From Eledone cirrhosa (Eukaryota): DNA of 64,000 nucleotides. The stretch lies in NCBI GenBank assembly GCA_964016885.1, contig OZ024754.1:45198001-45262000 (forward strand), written 5' to 3'. Positions 14,390 to 25,182 of this stretch are shown here, in pieces (within the stretch, counting starts at the first letter, position 1; each line of letters begins with the position of its first letter). Below the pieces are notes generated by a model. The model made no database searches and was not told the origin of the DNA. It saw nothing but the letters and a program-made list of their open reading frames with translations. A program made the position numbers and the translations under genes.

Positions 14390-15600
14390 TAGTTCTAGTA
14401 ATATGTATGTAGTGAGTAGCAGAGTTTCTCAATGTATGTAAGACCTGGAACTTTGTCTATGTATCTGTCCGTGTGTTATTTATCGTTCCCAGAGCACCTT
14501 TTATCATAGGGATTGTTTCTGTTTTCATCCTCCACATTCAGGTTATTTCTATATCTAGATCTTTATATTTGGATAATTTCCTTGATGGATATATACAGTT
14601 CTCATCTGTCAGTAATTTTCTCATTAATGATGGAAGGTAGATCATATTTGTGGTGCTATCATTCTTTTTCCCTATTCTTCCCTTCAAAGTTATTTCGTAT
14701 TTTTATTGTCTTAGACATCTCTGCTCCATATTTTTTCCCAGTGTGTCTGCATTTCTGACGTTGATGGCGTGTCAGGGCTTTTCGTCCCTGATGCCGTCGA
14801 ATCATTTTGTATACACCTCAAATTCTTTCGTGACTTTGAACATTTCATATCTTTTTACGCACTTTATTTTCGGTACTACGGTTTACTTTTGATTATCTTT
14901 TGCTGCTAAATTGACCCTTTGTTATTTTTATTTCGTTGACTATATTTTCTTTCCATTTTTATTATGGTGTTTGGCAGGGAATTTTTTCCACTTATTTTAA
15001 AGCCCAGTAATTTTGGATATCAATACATCTAGTTGAGTGTAAATAAGGTCATTCAATATATCGATATTCACCTATTCTTGTATCGTAATCTTAAATTCTT
15101 GTAGGGCTCTATTATATTTATTTATCCTTTTACAGAGTTGTTATTTATCTGTAGTTTGAAGGGGAGGGGGGGGGGTTATGTTGATTCTTGTTTATTGATA
15201 TTTTGACGTTCTGCTCCTTTATTTCTTATACTATTTCAGTAATTTCCAAACTCAATATTAATTATGTTATCTCTTTCAGATTGTGTAGATTTATTTGTGT
15301 GTATGTACGGCTATAATCTCTTGTGTCTGAGTATTTCGTTGTGTTTCGTTTCTCCGCTGGTTTTATTCTGGTGTTTCAGTTTGTGTTTTTCTCTGTATGT
15401 TCTTCATTTTCTCTCTTCTATTCTCTGAGTGATACAAAGCAGTAATTACACTTTGGTTTGCGTTTATACTTATTTTATTCGTGATTGCCTGTGTTGTGTT
15501 GCTTTCTTTCCTTTGTCGATTTGTTATATTTTGGGAGAGGCAGACTTTCTTCTTATATTTTTTTCTCTGTATCTTAAGTTTTTCTTGTACTTAGATGAAT
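14390..15600 (-). mobile_element. Degraded R4/Dong-clade LINE, N-terminal part joined to the C-terminal restriction-like endonuclease
   Basis: 14580->14410 reads KLSKYKDLDIEIT*MWRMKTETIPMIKGALGT...DRYIDKVPGL (KYKDL...IPIV.GALG motif); about 14790->14720 reads TPSTSEMQTHWEKIWS (pre-RT motif); RT internally deleted; left boundary of the N-terminal part is approximate. Confidence 0.75.
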
Positions 15601-16667
15601 TGTTTTATTTTCAGGGTGTATTATGTCCATAAATTTGTGTCATTCGATTTTCGATATTTTAGCCTCTCGGAAAGTAAATCTGTGTACATCTATTACGTCT
15701 GCTACTACATTTTTACTTCCAAATTTGTTATTTTTAGTTCCTATGATTCTTTTATTAGGCTTCTCTGATTTGGACAGTGTCGCTATGTAGAACGAAAGTA
15801 ATGCTTCAATACAGTCGTCGTTTATTCATCTTTCCCTTTTAAATTTACTTTTCATTTAGGTCCATCTCGTAATGTCAACACCTATCTTGATAGTTATAAC
15901 ATTTTACGATGATATTTTAATGCAAGTTTCGTAAATTGATGGTATTGTACTTATAGTTTTTTATAGTTTTATCTCCGATGTTCTTTTGTTGCTGTTACTA
16001 TTATTAAAACGGTACCTCAAGATCTACAATAAAGTTTCTAGGAATTGTTTCATTCTACTTTTCTAGGAACATTGGATAACGCCGCGTCCATTATTGAAAT
16101 AACCATTCGATAAATCGTTTCACACTACCTCTCCCTCCGCCTCCTCCGACTCCTCCTCGTCCCCCACCTTCTTCTTCTTCTTCTTCTTCTTCTTCTTGTG
16201 GTGGTGGTGGTGGTGGTGGTGGTGGTGGTGGTGGTGGTCTCTCAGTGATCTTGGCACCGCATAATTTATGTACATAATTTTTTTATGTACATAAATTATG
16301 TAAATTGAGATTAATGACGATGGTTGAAGTTATTTAACTACATATATGTGTGTCACTACTCATGTGAGTGAATATATGAGACTGTCTTTCATGAATGAAT
16401 GTTTAATTGTGATTGAGTCTGTCTGCGTATGAATAATATATATGCCATGATTATTAGAGGAAAAAGATAATGAATGGTGCCACAATATTATATTAATGAG
16501 CAAGACTTGAATACATAGTGAGTTAGTCAACAGAAGCACATAAATTGCAAAAAGTCAATCAACTGGAACTTAAATAAATTTCGTTTCTGTGGGCATTTTA
16601 CTGGAATTTACACCCCCACTCATATATATATATAAGATTATAAATATATATTATATATATATGATCG

Positions 16668-16790
16668 GGAAGGCACGTTGCTGAGTGGTTAGAGAATAGG
16701 ATTCGCAATCGTGAGGTTGTGAATTCGATTCCCGGACCAAGCAATGCGTTATATCTTTGAGCAAGACACATTATTTCACGTTGTTCCTTC
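16668..16790 (+). mobile_element. tRNA-derived CORE/V-type SINE (second SINE family)
   Basis: tRNA-like head GCTGAGTGGTTAGAG...GAATTCGATTCCCGG followed by the core start CTTTGAGCAAGACAC. Confidence 0.7.
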
Positions 16791-17155
16791 TTCTTGGAGT
16801 TGCGACCGATAGATAGTATTAGCAATTGGAAACGCAAATGGAAACATCGTTTCCTCGGTCCAATTTGACGAAAGTCCACCCACTGTCGATATATATATAC
16901 ATATATATATGTATATATATATATATATATATGCAAATACATATATATTGTGTGTGTGTGTGTAGAACCACATTATGAAGTGACACATACAACGTATTTT
17001 AATGTAGGCGAAAACAAGAAAAAAGGAACAAAATCTTTTTTTTTTTACATTCTCAGACGACAAGGTGAACATTTTTGTTGAATAGATAATTCTGCAAAAA
17101 CCGTAATCAATATTTAAGACTGCCACATACTCAAGGAAAGATATATGCACACACA

Positions 17156-17187
<32 letters not shown>

Positions 17188-18225
17188 CAAATAAAGCGGG
17201 CTTATACTTGAAAGTGGCTGCTGCTGTATGTAAGTCCATATATGTTTACGGGGTGTGTGAGGGTGTATATTTGTATTTTCAGTTATGTAAAGAGCTTGAA
17301 AATAATAGGGAACAAATTATAGCAACCAAGTGAAAATTATAGGAAACATATTAACAAATTGAAAAAATTACTGGAACAAAAATATATTTGTATAAAATAA
17401 TAAAATGATTACAAAATTACACAAACATTTCATCAAAGGTAAATAACTAAAGGTTTGTTAACTTTTAATTCCCTAATTGTGGAAGCTCTATCCCTATTTC
17501 TTGATCTTGCTGCTAATGGAAATTCAAAATTAAAGAAACGCCACGCACAAAAGCCTATTCACCAAATTTAATTACCTTTCAGAAAGAAATTTGGTTTCTG
17601 GTAAATGTTCCGTTCAATAATTGATATTTATTTTCCTGTGTTTTTCTTTTTAGACATATTCTATATTTCTGTTTTGTTTTTCCTGGTTGTTATATAGGAA
17701 AAAGCAATTATTAATGATCAGCATCTTCAACACTCCATTACCAACAATGGCACAGCTGCCATGACGAAGATTAATATGGAGCTGTGCTCTAATGTCGTTA
17801 GAAATCCTTATAAGTTAAAGGTGTGAAAGAAATTGGAAAGTTTTAAATAATGTTTTTCCTGTTTGTTGTTTAATTATTAATTGAGTGTGATGGAAGTTGA
17901 CGCTGTTATTTCATAGCATACACTTAGCGTGAAGGAAGTAACGGGACTCAGGTGAATTTTATGAACGAATCCTGAAGGCGGATCAGATATTTTGAGTAAA
18001 TATTTTTAGGCATTTTAGTCAACACACGATAAAACCATAGTTTATTTTGACCTAATAATTGCTGTTTCTTTTGTCGAAACAGATGCTATAAATAGTATTT
18101 CTATTACCGTTAAACGCCTTTCAGCTCCGTAATGTATTAACAATTCGGATAGTTTCATCACGAGGTTTCTCTATCGAGCCAAAATTAAAAATAAAGAAAA
18201 TACCAAAAGAAAATATAAAAATAAT

Positions 18226-18403
18226 AATAATTGTTTCTAATTTTAACACAACTCCAGCAATTATCCCAGTGCATTACTGGTAATTTATTTTATCGATCCC
18301 GGAAGGATGAAAGGCAAAGTTAACCTCGGCGAGATTTGAACTCAGCCCATAAAGGGACGTACCTCTATGCTGCAAAGCATGGCATCAGATCCTCTACCGA
18401 TAC
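18226..18403 (-). mobile_element. tRNA-derived SINE
   Basis: Reverse complement of the family consensus, moderately diverged. Confidence 0.9.
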
Positions 18404-18498
18404 ATCCATACATCATAGCGTTCTATCCTGATCGTCCTTTGTCCAACACCAGATCAGCTAGAAAGAAACATGTTTATAATAAAAATAATAGTAATAAC

Positions 18499-18691
18499 AA
18501 TAATTGTTTCTACTTTTGGCACAAGGCCAGCAATTACCCCAGTGTATAACTGGTGCTGTATTTTATCGACCCCGTAAGGATGAAAGACAAAGTTAACCTC
18601 GGCAGGATTTGAACTCAGACTATAAAGGGCCGTAACTCTATGCTGCAAAGCATGGTGTCCAACGCTCTACCGATACTGCCAATTCGCCGCC
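18499..18691 (-). mobile_element. tRNA-derived SINE, full length
   Basis: Reverse complement of the family consensus; head GGCGGCGAATTGGCAG. Confidence 0.92.
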
Positions 18692-18881
18692 TAATAATAA
18701 TTGTTTCTACTTTTGGCACAAGGCCAGCAAATACCCAGTAATGTACTGGTACTTTATTTTATCGACCTTGTAAGGATGAAAGGCAAAGTTAACCTCGGCG
18801 GGATTTGAACTCAGTTCGTAAAGGGACGTAACTGTGCTGCAAAGCATGACGTCCGACCCTCTACCGATACTGCCAATCCAC
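18692..18881 (-). mobile_element. tRNA-derived SINE directly abutting the previous copy
   Basis: Reverse complement of the consensus; its tail joins the head of 18499-18691. Confidence 0.92.
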
Positions 18882-19000
18882 AATCCAAAAATATGTGCAC
18901 TGGATGCTCTGTCGCTTTCATAACATCCAAACGTCTAACAAATAGTATTAACATCAACCAAAAACAGTCATGGAAATGGGCAACGTATATCCATCTTTTA

Positions 19001-19040
<40 letters not shown>

Positions 19041-19448
19041 TAAGAGGAATTCCAACTTTGTCTGATTTAATCGTTTTATTTACAATCCTTTAAAATGTTA
19101 TAATGGTATTATAATGAAATAGTATGATAGAATATTAAATTCTAAGTGTTAATTGAACAAGTACTTTCATGCTTTCGCAATCTTCAGGTTCGCGCGTATC
19201 AGCCCCCCCCCCCAAGAAAAACACTACCAACCATGACACCAACGCCACCAACACCACCCCACCATAACCTGACAAGCATCATCATCATGTTCCTCATGTT
19301 GGTCTTATAAACAAGACACATCAACTGTGCTAAAGCCAACACTATCATCACAATCATCATCAGAATCAACGTAAAGCCAACCATCGTAATGATTTACCAA
19401 TGTATTGAAATATTCATACCAAATGTTGGTGGCTGCCAGCACTGGCAC

Positions 19449-19557
19449 CATCATCATCATCATCATCAACATCAACATCAACATCAACACCATCACCATC
19501 ACCGTCATCATCACCATCATCATCACCATCATCATCACCATCACCATCAACATCACC
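19449..19557. repeat. (CAT/CAC/CAA)n trinucleotide microsatellite
   Basis: Direct reading; source of the poly-His ORF. Confidence 0.9.
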
Positions 19558-20019
19558 AGCAGAGCCATCATATTTATCATTTCTTCCTGTTCCACCGTCA
19601 AATCGTTATGACTAGCAAAAGCATCGAATTTCATAATGTTCTGGAAGAAGTATGTTCAAAGTAATACAAAGTCTTGGTCTAACATTAGTGATGGTAGCGG
19701 TGGTGGTATTGATGGTTGTGGTGATGGTGATAGTAATGGTGGTGGAGGCATTACTAATGACCATTCATGGTATGGCAACAGTGATGGTGACATATGAGTT
19801 GGTAATAATAGTAGTATTAAAGGTAGTCGTAAATTATTAGCGATGATGATGAGTGTTAAAATGAAATATCAGAGCAGGGAAATAACGTGGCGTAATATTT
19901 TAAGAATGTAGCATAAATTTAAAATTAAGATGAAATTTGACAACTCAAAATAATATGAAGTGACAAAAGAAACAAATATTTTAAACGTAAAAATAACTGT
20001 CTGAAATCGTGCATATCTA

Positions 20020-20468
20020 TGTGTGTATGTATATATATATATATGTGTGATGTGTGTGTGTGTGTGTATATATATGTATGTGTGTGTATATATATGTGTG
20101 TGTGTGTGTGTGTGTATATATATGTGTGTGTGTGTGTGTGTATATATGTGTATGTGTGTGTGTGTGTATGTAAAAGGTAAACAGAAATAACAATACAATC
20201 ATATATTTGATGTGTATGTGTACGTATGTATACATATATTCACACACACACACATATATATATGTATATATATATGTATATATATATGTATATATATATG
20301 TGTATATATATATGTGTATATATATGTGTATATATATATGTATATATATATATGTATATATGTATGTATATATGTATATATATATGTATATATATATATG
20401 TATATATATATATATGTATATATATATATGTATATATATATATGTATATATGTATATATGTATATATG

Positions 20469-20499
<31 letters not shown>

Positions 20500-20577
20500 G
20501 TATATATATATATGTGTATATATGTATGTATGTATATATGTATGTGTATATATGTATGTGTATATATGTATGTGTAT
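20020..20577. repeat. Compound (TG)n/(TA)n/(TATG) microsatellite
   Basis: Direct reading. Confidence 0.95.
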
Positions 20578-21053
20578 CGATTGGAAAACCTGAAACTTTA
20601 CTCACTCCAACGTCGCCGTGAGCGTTATATTATCTGCATGATGTGGAAAATGTTCCATCATCACTGCCCAAATGATGTTGGCATCGCCTTCAAGATACAC
20701 CCAAGGCTTGGGCCCCGTGCTATCCGTCCCATTCAAAAATCTAAATCGCAACTCATAACAACAATACGGCACAATTATTTCACCTCAATCGGCCCTGCTC
20801 TCTTCAACATCACACCAGGACACGTCAAAACAGAAACTGACCACACAAAATTCAAGAAGTCTTTGGACAAATTCCTCCAAGTAATCCCGGACAAACCACC
20901 CACACCCGGATATGTCTCCGCAAACAGTAATTCTCTTCTCGAATGGGCCATGGTGCCCAAATCCTGAATTGAAAGACTTCGCCAGGTGGTGCTATTAAGT
21001 TAGACATGGCCTGGGCCAATACTGGCCAAAACATTTCAAAGTTATTCAAAGTT
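20578..21053 (+). mobile_element. 5'-truncated CR1-group (Zenon-like) LINE: ORF2 C-terminus plus 3' UTR
   Basis: Uninterrupted frame [17 protein letters not shown]...GPALFN...[14 protein letters not shown]...SNSL to a stop at 20967, matching the LYSL.RRRERY/FK..LD.FL/PD.P C-terminal signature; 3' tandem tail TTCAAAGTTA x2. Confidence 0.85.
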
Positions 21054-21180
21054 ATATGTATGTGTGTATATATGTATGTGTGTATATATGTATGTGTATA
21101 TATGTATGTGTATATATGTATGTGTATATATGTATGTGTATATATGTATGTATGTGTATATATGTATGTGTATATATTAT

Positions 21181-21590
21181 GGGAGAGATGACCCCTTAGC
21201 CTTTGTCAAGGCAGAATTCTAGGAGAAGGAAAACTCTGATATAACACCTGCAACCCTGATGGTATCCAATGATGTTGACTTGTTCTTCTTTTTGGTAAAT
21301 ATCATCTTGGTTAAGAGAGTGGGACTGGCTTTGTGCAGTGCCTTTGCTCACTATAAAAGCTTCATGGCACAGGCATTGCTTTATATCTGGAGATCTCTCT
21401 GCACTTGTCGTCACATGGTACCATGGGCCCAGCACTATGTGTCAATAATTGTCACAAGTGTAGTGTTTGTACCAGAGTTTTCAAGTCGCTGGCTGGACTA
21501 AAAAGTCACACTCGTTCAGCGCATCGGTAGGGGTTCTCCTACATGGATATAAAGTAGTGGCCGTACTCGAAAACTAGTTGGCAGCCACCA
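21181..21590 (+). mobile_element. Internally deleted RTE-clade retroelement (5'-UTR piece, C2H2 finger and 3' end)
   Basis: CTAGGAGAAGGAAAACTCTGATATAACACC is an RTE/BovB-like 5' UTR motif; 21453-21530 encodes HKCSVCTRVFKSLAGLKSHTRSAHR*; short 3' UTR runs into (TA)n. Confidence 0.7.
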
Positions 21591-21601
21591 TATATATATA
21601 T

Positions 21602-21799
21602 ATAGGAACGAGTAGGACTCCGACGGCTGAGCTGAAGCCGTTTCGACGGCTAATTCTGGACAAGTCCAGAATTAACCGTCGAATCGGCTTGAGCTCAGCC
21701 GTCGGGGTCCTACTTGTTCCTATTACCCACTCTACTACCCTAAATTTTGAGTACTTCGGTGCGTTATGGTCCATCTGGTTCCTTACCACATTTCCTTCG

Positions 21800-21801
<2 letters not shown>
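21602..21801 (+). mobile_element. Fold-back element: 60-bp inverted arms plus ~80-bp tail, containing the 3' half of a hammerhead (PLE pseudo-LTR-like)
   Basis: 21602-21661 versus 21664-21723 are 55/60 complementary; tail shared with 41806-41876, 52189-52270 and 2264-2335; flanked by (TA)n. Confidence 0.8.
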
Positions 21802-21846
<45 letters not shown>

Positions 21847-22078
21847 GTGTTTTTTCTATTAATTTTCTCTTGTGTTTATATAATCACTTCGTCACCTTCA
21901 GTCTGCTCTGATGAAAAACAAAGTAACGCTGGAACAAAATCAACAAAAATAACACATATTTTTTCTAATTTAAATATTTAAATATTTCAAATTTAAATAA
22001 CAACCTAGTGTAAAAAGCTGGATTGTCAGTTTCTACCATTATCACTCTTAATACAACTAAAACCATCATCATCATCAC

Positions 22079-22530
22079 CTTCTTCTTCTTCTTCTTCTTC
22101 TTCTTCTTCTTCTTCTTCTTCTTCTTCTTCTTCTTCTTCTTCTTCTTCTTCTTCTTCTTTTTCTCTTTCTTCTTCTTCTTCTTTTTCTTTTTTTCTACTT
22201 TTTCTTTTTCTTTTTCTTTTTCTTTTTCTTTTTGGTTTTCTTTTTTTTCTTTTCTTTTTTGTCTTTTTTTCTTTTTCTTCTTTTTCTTCTTTTTCATTTT
22301 CTTCTTTTTCTTCTTTTTCTTCTTTTTTCTTTTTCTTCTTTTTCTTCTTTTTCTTCTTTTTTCTTTTTCTTCTTTTTCTTCTTTTTCTTTTTCTTCTCTT
22401 GCTTCTTTTTCTTCCTTTTCTTTTTTTTCTTTTCTTTTTCTTCTTTCTTTTCTTTTTTTTCTTTTTTCTTTTTTTTTTCTTTTTTCTTTTTCTTCTTTTT
22501 CTTCTTCTTCTTTTTCTTCTTCTTCTTCTT
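22079..22530. repeat. (CTT)n and degenerate CT-rich polypyrimidine tract, about 450 bp
   Basis: Direct reading; source of the poly-K/E/F ORFs. Confidence 0.95.
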
Positions 22531-22549
22531 GCCATCGATGATCCACAAG

Positions 22550-22742
22550 GGCGGTGGATTGGGAGTATTGGTAGAGCTCCAGATAACATGCTTTGCAGCA
22601 TAGAGTTATGGCCCATTATGTTCTGATTTCATATCCCGCCGAGGTTAACTTTGCCTTTCATCCTTACAGGGGTTGACAAAATAAAGTACCAGTAATGCAC
22701 TGGTGTAATTGCTGGCCTCATGCCAAAAGTAGAAATAATTAT
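22550..22742 (+). mobile_element. tRNA-derived SINE, full length
   Basis: Matches the family consensus. Confidence 0.9.
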
Positions 22743-23299
22743 TTACGATACACTCTTTGCTTCCTTCTCGCTCCTAAACGTGTGTATGTGGGTGACATAA
22801 GCATTGTCCTTTTCTCTTTCAGTTTTCTCCCGACTCTAGATAGCACATCATTAAATTCAATATTCAAGACATAGAAAATGCTCCACTTTCTTTGTGGGAC
22901 AAAGGAAAATCAGATTCTGGATATATTCTTCAGAAATCAAGATAAAGTTATTTCTGAATATTCAATATCGGATGATAATCTTGTTTATATGTTGGTGTAA
23001 AGTGTCTGTCTGATTATAGAGATTTTGTTGTTGGTACTGCTGCTACTTATGTTACGTGAATAATCCTTTTAAGAAGAAATAATAATAATAATGATTTATC
23101 CTTTGTTCGTGCCCTCATCCAAGTCCCAGTATTCTTTTATCTTCAAGTCCAGTTCAAAACAGACGCAACGCAACTTAACTGGACTGTCGGCCAACCACAC
23201 AATAAGCCCCTCACCGACATGGTTTGTCCCATCAGGTGCCGTTTCACAAGACAGCCCAACGTTCTAGTTCATAATCTGCAAGCTAACATAATCTGCTGG

Positions 23300-23428
23300 T
23301 CTATATTCCACTGCCACCATATCTTCCGGTGTTGATAATAAAATACCAATCAACTAGTGTGGTCGTTTTAATCCACATTCCACTTGCTCTAATTGTTGGC
23401 CTTGAGCATAGATTACAAATAATTATTT
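23300..23428 (+). mobile_element. Old diverged SINE 3' half (older subfamily)
   Basis: GATAATAAAATACCAATCAACTAGTGTGGTCG...AATTGTTGGCCTTGAGC...AATAATTATT. Confidence 0.55.
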
Positions 23429-23887
23429 TTGTTGTTGTTATTGCTATCGTCATCATTACCATCATCACTATCTAATTTCACCCCCCCTCTCTACCCCCCA
23501 CCCTCTCTCTGTGGTGGGGTTCTTGCTATCTTCATTTGTGAGTTACTGTTTCATTAAAATTAGTACTACTGTTGTTTGTGTTCGTTACTTGTTACTGTGC
23601 ATCAATGATTCGATATTGATTTTCAATAGGTGTTGCTATAAGCTTAGATTACCAAACGGTCCTAAAGTGCTAATTTGATGCCACGTTAATCGCACCACAT
23701 TACATGAGATTCCACCAGTAGTCAGCCATCTGAATGATGTATAATTTAGAAATATAACATATCTCAACTGAAGTCCACAACAAATACACACACAGACAAA
23801 CAAACAGAGAGGGGGGGGGGGGTAAATAGATAGATAGATACATATGCATACGTGCAGACATATGCACGTTTACTTATAAAAAGAAAG

Positions 23888-23994
<107 letters not shown>

Positions 23995-24231
23995 TATGTG
24001 CACATTTATTTATAAACAGACACACACACACCACTCTCTTTCACACACGCACAAGCACACATACCCACATATATTTACATATATATATATACATGCACAT
24101 TTAATTCTAAACAGATATACACACTCTCTCTCTCTCTCACACACACACAGACACGCTCACAGGCAAGCACGAACACATCTACACATCTACACAGACATAC
24201 AGGCATATATGTTATGACCAGTCATTATTTT

Positions 24232-24418
24232 CGGTGAATTGGCAGTATCGGTAGAGGTTTGGACGCCATGCTTTCTAGCATAGTTACGTCCCTTTACAGT
24301 CTGAGTTCAAATCCCGCCGAGGTTCACTTTGCCTTTCATCCTTACGGGGTCGATAAAATAAAGTACTAGTAATGTACTGGTTAATTGCTGGCCTTGTGCC
24401 TAAAGTAGAAACAATTAT
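24232..24418 (+). mobile_element. tRNA-derived SINE, full length
   Basis: Matches the family consensus. Confidence 0.92.
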
Positions 24419-24979
24419 TTTCAGACATCAACATTGAATATCTTCATACACATTATTTGTCATATCATTAATCGCAATCTGTGTCTTGGTATTGTTACAT
24501 TTTATGTCGATATATTTAGTTCTATTGCAGATAAAACTATATAGACTACTGTTCGTAATTTTATCTTGTGTTGCTGAGATTTTAACTTATCTCTAAATCG
24601 CAAGCCATAGATGTTTTTCCTCATTATTCTGATCTCCTGTCACATTTTAAATTCCCTTGATGATCAGCGCTAACTAAGTATCGGATTCCACCGTCATTCT
24701 TCTTCCCATCTATGGCTTGCTTCATACTATATTCTACGTAGCAAAGCATCGTCGGAAAGTTTTCAAGATGTTTAGAGTATTATCCTGTGACAGTGGACTG
24801 CTTTCATCTATATACTAGAGACAGTATTTTCAATTATTGAGATACATGAAAAAAATAAGCATAATACTTATTATTTTTCAAGAATTATTTGCGTTAATTA
24901 TATTTCTTTTCTTTACTTTACCATTCTGAAACAGGAACTATGTTTGTATTTCTTAATCCAGCGTTTCAGAGGATAAAGA

Positions 24980-25182
24980 AAAAAATGTTAAAATATATAC
25001 ACTATCCTGTTAAAAAAATGTTAAAATACATACAATATCCTGTTAAAAAATGTTAAATATATAAAATATCCTGTAAAAGAATATATACAATATCCTGTTA
25101 ATAAATATACATACAATATCCTTTTTAAAAAATGTTAAAATATATACACTATCCTGTTAAAAATATATACAATATTCTGTTG
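24980..25182. repeat. Minisatellite with ~22-33 bp unit (AAAAAATGTTAAAATATATACA(C/A)TATCCTGTT)
   Basis: About 7 imperfect tandem units. Confidence 0.85.

Noticed and set aside
19389-19664. His-rich 91-aa ORF
   Set aside because: (CAT/CAC)n microsatellite with no domain or splice evidence
20212-20577. N-terminal half of the 251-aa ORF as a real protein
   Set aside because: Microsatellite fortuitously in frame with a truncated LINE ORF2; only 20578-20967 is coding-derived
21453-21530. C2H2 finger as an exon of a host zinc-finger gene
   Set aside because: Single finger with no TGEKP linker, followed by a stop and an RTE-like 3' end
21578-21847. Similar ORFs on both strands (GTSRTPTAELKP)
   Set aside because: A consequence of the DNA palindrome, not coding
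21905-21945. CTGATGA as a hammerhead core
   Set aside because: No helix II and no correctly placed GAAA
21965-22626. Poly-Lys/Glu and poly-Phe ORFs
   Set aside because: Translations of the (CTT)n/CT-rich tract
24980-25182. CRISPR-like repeat array
   Set aside because: Tandem minisatellite without unique spacers, in a eukaryotic context with no cas genes
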